From: Octopus vulgaris
Lineage: Eukaryota
Direction: 5' to 3'
DNA length: 64,000 nt
NCBI GenBank assembly: GCA_951406725.2
Contig: OX597820.1
Coordinates: 34,472,001 to 34,536,000 of the forward strand
Below are positions 41,266-55,969 of this stretch, one piece after another. The stretch's first letter is position 1, and the number at the start of each line of letters is the position of its first letter. The notes under the pieces are model-generated. The model was not told the DNA's origin. It saw nothing but the letters and a program-made list of their open reading frames with translations, and did not search any database. The translations under genes were made by a program, and so were the position numbers.

Positions 41266-42165
41266 CTGCAGGCTAAAGGTGCTCTCTTATGGTGCTTTTC
41301 CACAACCTTTTCAAACTCTCCGCCTCCATAGAAGACCAATAATTCATCTTCCGAATCGGGATATCCAATTCTATCGTTGGCGGCACAGTTCCCGTCAATG
41401 GTGTTTCTTTCCCTGCAAGTGGCACAACCTCCAACCGACGAGGTTCCGAGACATTCCGGTACTATGTCACCGACTGCCAGCAATGTCCCGTTTCTCTTCC
41501 CCTTCCTCTTTTTATTGTGTTTTTAGCTGATGGATGGTGCGTCTCCTCCGTGACCAGGAGATTCGCCTCCTCTTCCCTATTCCTAGGATCCTTCGGTGAG
41601 CACCCATTGTTGCTCACCTTCCTCTTGCGGCCCCTCTTTGAGGAGTCCTCCGGCTCCTCGGCCGCCTTCATTCCCTCTTCTACAGAGGTCTCACTCAACT
41701 GTTCCAGGACCTTACTTTGTTCCTGAGGACAGTTTTTCTTTATATGGCCAGGCTCCAGGCACCGATGACCCCTGGGGTGAGGGGGCGACCCTCAAGAATC
41801 AACGGATACCTGCACCCGGCAATTTTAAAAAAATCTGGAAAAACCAGATTGGTTGATTGGGTCCAAAGGTTCAAAACAACTTTTGACCCAACCCAACCAG
41901 CCGCAGGAAAAACTTTCACATTAAGGAGCTTGATTCCGCTGCCACCTAGACCCCGGCGGATTGTCTCCTCTATCCACTCGGGTTTTATCCCGGGTGGCAA
42001 CCCGCAGACCCAAGCTCTTGTCAACCTCTTCCCACAATACGTGAGAAGAAACAAAATTTCCTTGCCCTCTAAGGGCTGGTTCGCAAATTTGCGAGCCTCT
42101 TCAGGAGTGCCAAATAGCAACCACACCGTTGGAAATGAATTTAATTGTTGGCAAATACTCTGCCA
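41266..42165 (-). mobile_element. Tx1-type LINE ORF1 (gag-like) fragment
   Basis: TVWLLFGTPEEARKF...WVCGLPPGIKPEWI...YPLILEGRP, then a frameshifted HRCLEPGHIKKNCP (eroded CCHC knuckle) and a charged low-complexity tail. Confidence 0.7.
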
Positions 42166-43311
42166 GGGAAGCAAGCTTCTTACCACACAGCCACGCCTGA
42201 GCCTATGGGAAAATTTTACCACCACCACCTCCACCTCCACCACCACCACCGCCGCCGCCTCCACCACCACCACCGCCGCCACCGCCTCCACCACCACCAC
42301 CACCGCCTCTACCACCACCACCGCCTCTACCACCACCACCGCCTCCACCACCACCACCTCCACCACCACCACCACCACCACCACCACCACCACCTACTAT
42401 TTCTGGTAAACCGATGTTTATTTTTACGACATTATTATGTATAATAATTGATATTTATATCTATTACAATGTAGTATTATACAGACATATCTCAACTTAC
42501 GTCGTTTCAAGTCACGTCTGTTTCGCTTTTCCATCGGTTTTTGAAGAAATCAATATCAGTTTCTGTCGATTTATCCGACCTTACAATCGATCTCAGCGAA
42601 CATAAAAAGAAAAACAAGCTAAAAGCCAATACCGAAGTAGAAAACCAAATAAAATACATATGAAAATGTATACAAGCCATTTATTCAAACAGATAAAAGT
42701 TAATAATATCTTTAAATATTCTATGTTACGTCATTTTCCGAGTCGCATGTTTTGAAATCAATTACAGGTATGGTAATGTTAAATATATTCAAGGGGGATA
42801 ACTATTAAAATGAGTGCAAGTTACCTCCCATGTGAATTTTCACGCAAATTATATCTAACAAATTTAAAAGAATGAAATAATTGTCCATCATGAGTGGCGT
42901 CCCTTGAAAAATTTATTGCCTTTGACAATCAAAATATATCGGCGATGCCGTTTAATAGCATACAAAATAACGGTGTAACTCGGTTAATTGTATATTCCTT
43001 TACTCAACTCAATCTTAACAGTAAATCTTTTGAAGTCGTTGAGACAACATCTAGATGTTGTTATATTAGAAACCGTAACCAAATCTCCCTCAAACCACAC
43101 GAAACAGTATAAAAAATAGAAGGTCGTGGTATGCAATGCCCCAAAATGAGGGTGGTGGTGTTGGAAGACGAAATGTCTACCTTCACAAAGGTGTTCACCG
43201 AGGACTGAAGTGGGATTAAACAATCATAGCAATAACACGACAATCCAGCTAAAGTTATTTTGTTTATTGCAAATATAAATATAATCAGTTTCGTTTAATC
43301 GCATAAGATCA

Positions 43312-43572
43312 TTTTACTCTTTACTCTTTTTATTTGTTTTAGTCATTTGATTGCGGCCATGTTGGAGCACCGCCTTTCGTCGAGCAAATCGACCCAAGGA
43401 CTTATTTTTTTTGTAAGCATAGTACTTATTCTATCGGTCTCTTTTTGCCGAACCGCTAAGTTACGGGGACATAACACACCAACATCGGTTGTCAAGCGAT
43501 GTTGGAGGGACAAACACAGACACACAAACACACACACACACAGACACACACACGCGCACACACACACGCACG

Positions 43573-43660
<88 letters not shown>

Positions 43661-43837
43661 CATATACAAATATAGGACGGGCTTCTTTCAGTTTCCGTCT
43701 ACCAAATCCACTCACAAGGCTTTGGTCGGCCGGAGGCTATAGTAGAAGATACTTGCCCAAGGTGCCACGCAGTGAGAATGAAGCCGGAACCATATGGTTG
43801 GTAGGCAAGCTACTTACCACACAGCCACTCCTGCGCC
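43312..43837 (-). mobile_element. SINE family A, full length, with expanded internal (CA)n
   Basis: Head and tail as in 16737-17128. Confidence 0.9.
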
Positions 43838-44214
43838 TTTTCTGAAAAAAAACCCCCCAAAAATGGCGAAATGTACTATCAAATGGAATATTTCTTCATG
43901 AAATGTTATTGCTTCTGACCTACGAGAAGGATAGAAATGTGGAGATGACTGTTAGTCGGTTATGTCGATCACAGTACTTGACGGTACTTCATTTTCTCGA
44001 TCCCAAAAAATAAATTGAGTGGCAAAATCAATTTCGGCGGTAATTCTCTGGAGTAGCTTACAATGTTCGACGGAAAATATATATGCAATTTATGTGGGTG
44101 TCTTTTCAAAACATTGTCTGGTTTAAAAAGCCACCTCAGATGCCATGATGGTTCTAAGGTGTAAGTACAAGAGGTGGTCAAACTCTGCATTAGGAGTAGA
44201 CAGCAACCATATAT

Positions 44215-44845
<631 letters not shown>

Positions 44846-45274
44846 CACAAAGAGGTTGTTGGGTATCAGATTTCTTTACTAGATGTCAGTATTATTTATC
44901 CATGGTTAGGGAGAACAATGGCTAGAAACAGGGGACCTAGTTCTGTTTAAATATCATACTGTTAAAATCCTATCCTCTTTCTTTTTTTCCTTCTTTTTCT
45001 TTGGCAGTTGATTTGTTTTGGTTCTGTAGGGAATCACCCACCATTGTATGGGTGGTTCCCTACGTCTTCAATCGATCAATCGGACGCACCCTAATGCACA
45101 TCTGAAAGAGTTGCAAGCCTGTAATAAATACATAAATGTATATAACCCATTATTCTTGACTATTTGAAATATATATATATATACACTCACATACATATTT
45201 GAGGAGAGGCCGTCATAACTGTCCTAGATTTTTGTAATTTTAACATATTATTATACATCTTATTTCTTTACGTT

Positions 45275-45515
45275 TCCTTCTCGAGCCATGCCAGGCTGGT
45301 AAGGGCCGGTTTCCCGGTTTCAGTAGAAGAAATTCCCCACCTGGATGGGACGTCGATCCGTCGCAGGATTACTCATTTTGCCAACTGAGTGGACTGGAGC
45401 AACGTGAAATGAAGTGTTTTGCTCAAGAACACAACGCATCGCCCGGTCCAGGAATCGAAACCACAACCTTACGATCATGATGCTGACGCCCTTACGACTA
45501 AGCCACGCGCCTCCA
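45275..45515 (-). mobile_element. SINE family C
   Basis: Reverse complement of 5385-5625. Confidence 0.88.
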
Positions 45516-45559
45516 CCTTGTTGTAATGCTTCTAATAAGCTGACCTGCTAACTTTTGTT

Positions 45560-46195
45560 ATACCAGACTGAAGATGTAACAGCACTTCGAATGCACGTGA
45601 TCGAAGTTTGAACCTGATCGTGCCATTTTTCTGTAGCAATGTGCGCCAAAGAAGAACAAATAGCATTGACCCGATTTCTCTGGTCGGAAAGTGTTTCAAG
45701 AACAAAACTCTGTAGAGACCGTGCCACTTTACATATCTTGACATTACGGTGACAAACTCGATCGCAGGATGCGCGAGGTCAGCTCGGTACTCTGGCGGTT
45801 GAGCGAACGACAGCGGAACAGCTAGCATATTACATTTCAAGTGAAGTACGCAGACAAGATCAGGAATACCATCGTCCTAGTGAAAGCCAGTCTCCTTACA
45901 TTCGTTGGTGGCTTTTAGCACAATACAGGGACAGTGCACTACCGCGTAGAAGTGTGTATGAGTGGATCGAGAAGTTTAAAAGTCACCGGACAATCGTGAC
46001 GTACGAAGAGAGAGCAGGACGTCCGTCAACCTCCACCATTGATGAGAAATTTCAACATGCTCGAGAGATGATAATGGTGAGCCAGAGAGTAATCATCGAT
46101 GAGGTAGCTAGTACTCTGCAGATTAGTCATGGTTCTAGCTATCAAATCGCCAACGATGAATTCGGTTTTTATAAAGTCTATGCAAGACATCCTAT
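45560..46195 (+). mobile_element. Mariner 5' fragment interrupted by an RTE piece (45696-45900)
   Basis: CAKEEQIALTRFLWSE | LLAQYRDSALPRRSVYEWIEKFK...RAGRPSTS...ISHGS...GFYKVYAR (HTH region). Confidence 0.85.
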
Positions 46196-46209
46196 GGTTA
46201 TAGGATGAA

Positions 46210-47140
46210 TGCCGAATGGACGATGACTGTGCAAATGTATAGCTTAAACTAATGATATCAACATTGGACCACTTTCCTCAACAGGTTACTCTCCTGAGTT
46301 ATGTGATCCAGCTCTGGTTAACAATATTTGATCTTTCTAAGCAATATTTAACCACATTGTTGTACATCAGACATGTTGCTAATCGGACTGAGTATAGTTT
46401 TCATCTTTAAGGCGGCGAGCTGGCAGAAACATTAGCGCGCCGGGCAAAATGCTTGGCGGTATTTTGCCTGTCGATACGTTCTGAGTTCAAATTCCGCTGA
46501 GGTCAACTTTGCCTTTTATCCTTTCGGGGTCGTGCTGGGGTCGATGTAATCGACATAATCCCTTTGTCTGTCCTTGTTTGTCCCCTCTATGTTTAGCTCC
46601 TTGTGGGCAGTAAAGAAATATATAGTATTCATCTTGGTAACCGTGTTTACTCCATAGTCTGGATATCCTTAAACCAGCAGAAATATCGCTGCATCAATAT
46701 CTCTTCCATTGTAAGGAGACTGGCTTTCGCTAGGACGATGGTATTCCTGATCTTGTCTGCGTACTTCACTTGAAATGTAATATGCTAGTTGTTCCACTGT
46801 CGTTCGCGTGAAAACACTACTAAAACATCCACCAAACTGGGCATGTCCTCTACTCTATAGAAAACAGGGTCACAATCATCAGCAAACAATATTTCTCTAA
46901 TCTGTAGTCATATCCTTAACTCTGAGGTGTGACACCTTAAAATGTTTGATATCAGGTGTTCTTTGCATGTTTATGTACCTTCGTTTGAGTAGCATAATAC
47001 CCGAGCAACCCTAACTGATAAAATGAGAATAATGTTGACGCAGGCACGCAATCTTGCTTGATCACCATTGCACCATTAAGCTGAGCAACCGAATTTGCCT
47101 CCCCCTACAACAGTGTCATGTCACAGATTTGATTACCAGA
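46210..47140 (-). mobile_element. Highly decayed RTE LINE
   Basis: IKQDCVPASTLFS (GVKQGCVLAPTLFS), IREILFADDC, YADKIRNTIVLAKASL...RLPR.ILY. Confidence 0.75.
46408..46620 (+). mobile_element. SINE family B (Tx1-like tail), 15-bp TSD
   Basis: TATAGTTTTCATCTT (46393-46407) / TATAGTATTCATCTT (46621-46635). Confidence 0.9.
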
Positions 47141-47819
47141 GACTTCCCACTGGTAAACTTGTGAACCAATACAACTTGCGCATAGTCGGGACATCGGCGA
47201 CTAAACTGGTAACCTGATGATAATGAAAGTGATTATTAGACATCCTGCAGGACGGGGAAGGAGGTTATCACAGAAGAGAGGAACTTAGGAGAGTGAACAG
47301 CTGTCCAATACCACGTATAAGTAAAGAATGTGGACATTTACCAGCTTCTAGTCCTCTGCTGAGACTGTAGAATCATGAAATCTTGACCTGTTCTCGTCCA
47401 CTATGTATCCAACAGTTTATATATAGAAAATACTACGAGTGACTGCAAAAACTATCAGCACCTAAAGCCCTTGCAAGCAATCTGAAGAAGCTTGAAATAT
47501 TTGAGGGAAAAGTAAGTTGATAACATCGATTCCAATTGTTGACTGGTAATTTATTTTATCGATTCTGAAAGGATGAGAGGTAAAATTGACCCTGGCTGGA
47601 TTTAAACTCAGAATGTAAAGATCCTGAGCATATACAGGAAAGCATTTTATCCGTATTTATCTGTAAATCTGCTGCTTTGATGATAATACTAATTAATTCT
47701 AAAATAGGAACAAGACCAGTAATGAGAGAACTGGGGATGAGTCGTACCATCGATCGAAGTACTTGATTGGAAATATATTTTATCGACCACGGAGGGGTGA
47801 AAGGCAAAGTTAGACAAGG

Positions 47820-48075
47820 GCTTGTGCCGTTGGTGGTCAGAGCGACTCTGGATCTGTGGGGTTTTTAATTGGCCCTTGTTGTAGGTTTCCAGTATCAGGA
47901 GGAGCTCATCATTCATATTTTCACTTACTTTGTATACTGTATATACTTTATCTCATTTTCTTTTCTATTTCTTTCTCACCTTTTATGTAGATGTCCTCCT
48001 TGCAATATCCCCCTCTTTCATGCCCCCCTGGCTAATAAAAAAATTATCATCATCAACATCATCATCAGAATCATC
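47820..48075 (+). mobile_element. Tx1-like 3' UTR fragment ending in AATAAA-(ATC)n
   Basis: GTATCAGGAGG motif and pyrimidine-rich UTR shared with the 19597 and 48370 copies. Confidence 0.6.
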
Positions 48076-48369
48076 ACCAGAAAGCGCATGGGTTAGTGGT
48101 TAGGGTGTTGCACTCACGTTTGCGAGATTGTGGTTTCAATTCGCTGACCGGGTGTTGCGTTGTGTTCTTGAGCAAAACACTTTATTTCGCGTTGCTCTGC
48201 GATTATTTCGTCATCTGACCCGCCGTGCATCTATACAGGAAATGTCGATTTGATCGAACTTATATGTACGCAAACATTTGATCACTGTAAACAAATTATG
48301 TGTATGGTTGTTCTAACGACGGGAGAATCCATGATTATTGGTGGATGAATCTGAAAGGCGTAAGGACAG

Positions 48370-48734
48370 TTACATTCCTCTTTGATAGAGGTACCATTGA
48401 CTTCTTCAAGTTTCATTTGAAAAAGGAAATTGAAAATCGAGAGGGAATTACTGTCCTCCAGTGATTTTATTGAAAGATGGGTGAAAGTTGCGAAAATAGC
48501 AAGAGAGGATGGTACCTCTCTAAGTGTTGACTTGTGAGTCGGAGAAAGGAAATTGGTGAGAGCACTTGCTCTGGGTGTTAAGGGAGATCTTGGACAGTGG
48601 GATTCTTTGATTATCCCTAAAGGTCATCTGTATCAGGAGGACTACATCTCTATCATCCCCACTTTTTTGTTAATCTTTGTATATTGTGTGTATTTCACTT
48701 CCCTTTCATTGTACACCGTGTATACTTACCCCTT

Positions 48735-48773
<39 letters not shown>

Positions 48774-49178
48774 TTTCATCACTTCATTATATGTAAACCC
48801 ACATTGCCCTCATTTTTCACTGTAACCTCACCACAAAGTGTTGATTGTCCTTGAAATGTTCCCCTCATCCATACCCAGGTGTCAAATAAAAATGTTCCTA
48901 CTCGGTCCATGCCAGACTCATAAGGGCCAGTCTCCCGGTTTCAGTGGCGTAGAAATTCCCCATCTGGACGGGACGCCAGTCCATCGCAGCGTTACCCATT
49001 TTTGCCAGCTGAGTGGACTGGAGTAACGTGAAATGAAGTGTTTTGCTCAAGAACACAACGTATAGCCCGGTCCAGGAATCGAAACCGCAACCTTACGATC
49101 ATGAGTTCAACACCCTAACCACTAAACCACACACCTCCTGTGTTAAATAAAAGAAATCATTATTATTATTATTATCAT
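48370..49178 (+). mobile_element. Tx1 LINE 3' end with a family-C SINE (48893-49138, minus) inserted at its poly(A) signal
   Basis: DFFKFHLK...ERELLSSSDFIERWVKVAKIAR is homologous to 68-454. GTGTYAAATAAAA is duplicated on both sides of the SINE. Ends in (ATT)n. Confidence 0.8.
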
Positions 49179-49569
49179 CAGGTTTTTATTTCATTTTATT
49201 TTATTTAGAATAAACATGACAAAATAAAACAAACATAAAAATATATATAGAAAAGAAAATGAACGAAAAAGAAGTCAGCTTGGTATGAATCTGTAAGAAT
49301 TAATGATTTCATTTGTGTAATTAACAATGAATAGTTTATTATATTTTTTTCGTGAGTCTAGCCGATTGTTTTGATTGATCCCAGTATGTTATTCATATTT
49401 GTTATTTGATTGATTTCGTTAACGATGGATCAAGGGCCAAATCTACCTTGGCAAGATTTTAAAATCAGAACGTCGAAGATTGAGATGATATACAAAGAAA
49501 GAAACAAAAGAAAAAAATTGTCTTAAACTTTATCTTTGCCAAATCACCGCGTCTCTGAACGCAAACGCA

Positions 49570-49616
<47 letters not shown>

Positions 49617-49690
49617 GATTTTTATTTGCCACGGAGGCATTGAATGAATGAGACATTACAATTATAAAGACAGGTCACAATTTGTGTGAA

Positions 49691-49761
<71 letters not shown>

Positions 49762-49784
49762 GATAATAATAATAATAATAATAA

Positions 49785-49993
49785 TTTCTACGGGAAGCAC
49801 AAGGCCTCAAACTTGGGGGATGGGACTAAGTCGGTTACATCGACCCCAGGTCGTAACTGGTACTTATTTAATCGACCCCGAAAGGATGAAAGGCAAAGCC
49901 GACCCAAGCGGATTTTGAACTCAGAACGTAGCGACGGGCGAAATGCCGCTAAGCACTTTTCCCTGCGTGCTAATGATCCTGTTAGTTCGTCTC

Positions 49994-50053
<60 letters not shown>

Positions 50054-50380
50054 CATAATAATAATTAGATTTTTTTTATTTGCCACGAGGGTATTGTATG
50101 AATGAGACATTACAGTGACAAAGGCAAGTCACAATTTGTGTGAAATAATAATAATGATAAGAATAAGAATAAGAATAAGAATAACAAAAATTTTTCCAAA
50201 TGTTTGGTACATAGCCAGTAATTCTGAGAGGAGGGGAAGTCGATTATACAGACTTCCTGTCTTTAACTGGTTACTCTATTTTGTCGATCCCGAGTGGACG
50301 AAAGGCAAAGTTTTATCTCGTGGGAATTTGAACCCAGAACGTATAATGTACCGGAACAAATACTCTATTTTGTTTGAGAA

Positions 50381-50455
<75 letters not shown>

Positions 50456-50670
50456 CTTTTCTATTAAAGGTACAAGGCTTGAAATTTTGGGGAGGGTGGA
50501 TAGTCGATTACATCGACCCCAGTACTCAACTGGTACATAATTTATCGACCCTGAAAGGATGAAAGGTAAAGTCGACCTCGGCGGAATTTGAACTCAGAAC
50601 GTAGCGACGGGCGAAATACCGCTAAGCATTTCGCCCGGTGTGCTAAACGTTTCTGCCAGTTCGCCGCCTT
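49785..50670 (-). mobile_element. Chain of three SINE family B copies separated by (AAT)n
   Basis: About 49785-49995, 50190-50360 and 50455-50670, same orientation. Confidence 0.85.
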
Positions 50671-50699
50671 CTATAACAACAGCAACAAAAGTCATAATA

Positions 50700-50759
<60 letters not shown>

Positions 50760-51763
50760 TGAATAAAAATAATGTTAAAAATAATGAAGATGACTATAAT
50801 AAGAAAAAATGTCTTTTAAATTCTTGGAAATATTCCATGTGTCTAGGTTCTGCAGTAAGTCTTGTTTTGTCTCTAACCGTAAGGATAGCCGTGTGGTTTC
50901 TTCTGCGATTGGTGGCGATGGTGGCGATGATACAGATGTGTTTGGTGGCGGTGACGTTGACAATGACGACGATGATGTCCACAAAGACAGTGGTGTTGAC
51001 GATGGCGGTGGCGGCGGCGATGGTGGTGGTGGTGGTGATAGTGGTAGCAATGGTAGAAGTTTCAAAATTGTTCCCATATTAGTGATGGTGGTAGTTATAG
51101 TGGCCATTGTTTGTTGTGATTGTTGTTGGGGGTAGTAATGTTTAGGTGGTAGTATTCGGGGTGGCAGAGTTGGGGTGATAGTGTTAGAATAGTAGTATTG
51201 GGATAGTAGTGTCGAAGCGGTTGCGTTGTGGTTTGGGAGTGATAGTTTTGGTGTTGGTGGTGGTAGTAGTAGTTGTTGACGGGGATGGTAGTTGTGTTGG
51301 TGGTTGTGGTAGAGTTTTCATGTGGTGGTGTATTTTGATGGGGAAAGGAGTTGTGGCGAAGGTAGTAGTATAATTATTGTTGTTGTGGTGGTGTTAATTG
51401 TAGGAGCGGTTGTTGTTTGAAATTAGGTATTGGTTACAGTAGCGATAGTAATACAGGAAGAATAATCGTAGTATTGGTAGTTGTTGTGGTGGTAGTTTTA
51501 GTGGTGAGGGTCATAGTATTGGAAGTAATTAAAGTAGAGGGAGAGAGAGAGATCACGCGGTTGTTTATTAGTGTTGATTTTGTGGCGGAGGCAATAGTGA
51601 ATATGGTGAGGATGAGATGTAGTGGAGAGGGTGTTGAAGTTGAAAATAAATAAATAAAGCAAAAACAAAAGAAAAGAAAAAAAAACAAATATTAGAAACA
51701 GTAATGGCGGAAGTTAATTAAAAATAAATAAAAAATAAACAGCAACAACAACAACAACAACAA

Positions 51764-51853
<90 letters not shown>

Positions 51854-52033
51854 TGCTCCTTTCTATTAGTAGCACAATTTTTGGAGAGTGGAGCTAATTG
51901 ATCAGATCGACCCTAGTTCTCAAATGGTACTTATTTTATCGAACTCGGGAGAACTTGCACTCAGACAGTTTTGGCGGACGAAACGATTCTAAGCATTCTG
52001 CCCGGCGTGCTAACGTTTCTACCAGTCTTTTTG

Positions 52034-52064
<31 letters not shown>

Positions 52065-52077
52065 TAATAAGCTATAA

Positions 52078-52490
52078 TAATAAAACTGTGCAAATGTAAA
52101 GATCTTGAAATAGAAATGAGCAAAATGTGAAACCTGGAGACTAAAACAATACCTGTAGTCATAGGTGCCCTGGGAATGATAGCAAAAGGGGCTGATTGCT
52201 ACTTAGCTCAGATACCAGAAAACCCCAAAATGGCAGAAATTCAAAAGATAGTGCTCATGGGAACTGCTCATATCCTACGCAAAATTCTTTCTATGTAATC
52301 TCAAGTTTTAAAACAAACATAATTTTCTTATGGTTTCTTAAACATTCTCTTGAACAACACTATCTACAAAATCAAATATATGGCACCCTAAGCATAACAC
52401 CAGCATGAACTTCCAACTTGATGTCTCTTGAGGTCTCTGGATGAGACTTGGAGCCATCTTGTACAAATGTAAAGCAAAAGTCAAACATAA
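52078..52490 (+). mobile_element. R4/Dong-like 3' end embedded in (AAT)n
   Basis: KDLEIEMSKM*NLETKTIPVVIGALGMI...QIPENPKMAEIQKIVLMGTAHILRKILSM*. Confidence 0.9.
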
Positions 52491-52534
<44 letters not shown>

Positions 52535-52609
52535 TGATGATGATGATGATGATGATAATAAAAATAAAAATAGTAAATGTAGCAGCAGCAGCAATAATAA
52601 TAATAATAA

Positions 52610-52645
<36 letters not shown>

Positions 52646-52689
52646 TAATAATATTAATAATAATAACAACAACAACAACAACAACAAAA

Positions 52690-52907
52690 ATAATCCTTTC
52701 TACTCTAGGCACAAGGCCTGAAATTTGAGGGAGTGGACTAGTCGATTAGATCGACCCTGGTGTATCACTAGTACTTAATTTATCGCCCCCCGAAAGAATG
52801 AAAAGTAAAGTCGACCTCAGCGGAATTTGAACTCGGAACGTAAAGACGGGCGAAATGCCGCTAAACATTTCGTCCAGCACGCTAACGATTCAGCAAGCTC
52901 GCCGCCT

Positions 52908-52908
<1 letters not shown>
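52690..52908 (-). mobile_element. SINE family B (GGCCTTGTGCCTAGAGTAGAAAG tail)
   Basis: Full head AAGGCGGCGAGCT and core. Confidence 0.88.
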
Positions 52909-52987
<79 letters not shown>

Positions 52988-53191
52988 ATTGTTTCTAACT
53001 TAGGTATAGGGCCAGCATTCTAAATGAAGTAAGTCGATTAAATCAACCCCAGACTTCAATGGTAATTTATTTCATCGACCTTAAGAGGATGAAAAGCAAA
53101 GTCGACCTCGCTGGGGTTAGAACAAAGAGTTAAAAGAAATATAAATGGAACATTGAATTAATGCATGTCTGAACACAAAACTGTAGAGTGT

Positions 53192-53537
53192 GACCCCAGG
53201 ACTTATGCTTTGTAAGCCTAGTACTTATTCTATCGGTCTTCTTTTGCTGAACCTCTAAGTTACGGGGACGTAAACACACCAGCATCGGTTGTCAGGCGAT
53301 GTTGGGGGGACGAACATAGACTCACAAACACACACATACACACACACACACACACACGCACGCACGCACGCACACACACACACACACACATATACGACGG
53401 GCTTCTTTCAGTTTCCGTCTACCGAATCCACTCACAAGGCTTAGGTCGGCCCGACGTTAGGTGCCACGCAGTGGTACTGAACCCGGAACCATGTGGTTCG
53501 TAAGCAAGCTACTTACGACACAGCCACTCCTACGCCT
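53192..53537 (-). mobile_element. SINE family A lacking its tail
   Basis: Matches 16815-17128. Confidence 0.88.
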
Positions 53538-54454
53538 ATATATATATATATATATATATATATTACATATATAGCTGCTTGCATATTATTCATTCAACAA
53601 ATAAAGGGGAACGTATTTTATTTTCAAATAATTCCTTTGAATACAAATGGATGGATGTAATTAACCACAAAGCTGAACAATTTACGCCTGTGTGTTTACC
53701 ACCACGGGCACCCACAGGTATAATTATCATAAGAGTAGTTAACGTAGTGCTAATATAGTTATTGTAAGTAGTATTAAATATATTGTTAATGAGTGGAGTA
53801 CTTAAATGTTAAACAGAAATAATTATAGAGTAAGTAAAAAAACAAAACAAGCAAAAAACAACAAAACAGTATTAGTTATAGATTAATATTATTTTGACAT
53901 CTTTGCGAGCACGTGAGACAACTTCAGACGTGTTCTGGCCTTATTCTGAACTCATCACCGACGCATGGTTTTTCAGCTTGTATACTAAATTAATAAGGAG
54001 AGAATCGCCAAATAAATATATATAGTACTATATATTGGTTAGCACGTGGTGCTAGGCACACGATTATAAAAGCGTTGGTTCGTTTCCTGCACAAGAAAGT
54101 TGTTTAGCTAAAGGTCGGCTCTGATGGTGTAGACCTATTAATCAAAGACGTTCCAACGGTGGCTTTTTTTAAAATGCTTGTTGTATCAGGGATGCCATGG
54201 AAAAAATACTGTTTGAAAAGAAATTGAGATGACCATGACTGAAAGGCTTTTGACAGCAGTGTCCGTTGTATCAGGGCTACATAGAGTTAAGGAACAAATG
54301 CTACAACAACATGGAAGCATGCATTTACATGCAGTAACATGCAGAGTGCCTCAGCAAGAGTACAAACAGACAAGACATCGAAATAGAAACTTATCAATGT
54401 TTTACGATGAAGTCTACTTTGTTAAGAATGACAAAAACTAACATCGTATAAACG

Positions 54455-55245
54455 TTTATAAACATGTAGGAACATGTAGTACATCATCTCACAAATAATA
54501 TTCTCTTAATGAAATAATGAAATACTCTACATGCTTCTGTACTTAGAAAGGGAGAACTGGATATCACGTTTTACTGTGTAGAATATCCTAGTAAGAGTGT
54601 ACAGATATCCCAATAACAGCTGATTAATATGTAGTAATGCGTGGAATAAATATTTCAGTGAGCGTGTACAAACACGCATGGGATTAACAGCAGATAAATA
54701 TATAACAACATGTAGAGTACCTTAGTATGAGAGTACAACATGTAGGGACATGTAGAGTACCTTAATATGAGTGTACAATATATAGCAAATGTAAAGAGCC
54801 TTAATAAGAGTTTACAACTTGTAGCAACATGTAGAACAGCTTGCGAGTGAACAAATATATAACTAAATAACGAATGGATACATGTAGCAACATGCAAATT
54901 ACTGTAATAAGAGTGTACAACACGTAACAACATCTAAAGCACCTTACTGAGAGTGAACAAACACATCTAAATAACGGCTAAACAACATATAGTAACATCT
55001 GGACTGCCTGAATAAGAATGTGCAATATGTAGCAAAATATAGAATATCTTAGTAAAAGTGCACAGTCATAGATCTAGATAACAGTTGGGCAACATGTGGC
55101 AATATGGAACAGCAACATGTAGTAGTATAGAGAATTTCTCAATAGTGTACCACATGAAGCCAGATATAGAATACCTTAGTAAGAATGTAGAGATGATCTA
55201 GTTAATAGCCGGATAACATGTAGTAATTTGTTGAGTACCTTAATA
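54455..55245. repeat. Degenerate minisatellite with ~41-bp and ~62-bp units
   Basis: ACAACATGTAGCAACATGTAGAGTACCTTAATAAGAGTGT-like units. Confidence 0.8.
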
Positions 55246-55610
55246 AGCCAATTAAAAGATAGGAAATAGCTCAGTAACTGTCTCATAAATTAGGCAACTT
55301 AAAAGTAGTTTGGTGAAGTACCTCGATAATAGGAATCTACTTAATGCGGAGTTGTGTATTTCAGTCGGGGACAACTACCTAATAGAAATAACAACTAAGT
55401 CTCCCTCAAATCACATACACACTTTCGTTTTGAATAATATAGTGAGAAATGTAGACCAGGCATGGCTATGTAGGTAAGTCGTTCACTTAGCAAACAAGTG
55501 TTTCGGGTTCAGTTCCAATGTGCAACACCTTAAACAAGAATCTTCTAGTATAACCCCTGACTGACCAATGCCTAACAAATGAAGTTAGACGGGAACAGTG
55601 TGGTGGACCT

Positions 55611-55746
<136 letters not shown>

Positions 55747-55753
55747 GTATATA

Positions 55754-55822
<69 letters not shown>

Positions 55823-55890
55823 GAAAATAGTAATGCGATACGAGAGTATTGCTTTCCAGTAAAGGAGAGCCCGTGAGGGTAAAATTATAC

Positions 55891-55969
55891 ATATAAAAGT
55901 AAATAAATGGCACAACGAAGCACCGATATTTTCCAGTAAATATCGGTGTTTCGTTGTGCCATTTATTTA

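Noticed and set aside
47210-47510. CTGATGA..GAAA (47216) and CTGAAGA..GAAA (47482) as hammerheads
   Set aside because: No adequate stem II or stem I; expected by chance.
50880-51660. Gly/Val/Asp-rich ORFs
   Set aside because: Degenerate (GGT/GTA)n low-complexity DNA.
54455-55245. CRISPR-like periodic repeats
   Set aside because: Units are degenerate tandem copies without unique spacers; eukaryotic context and no cas genes.
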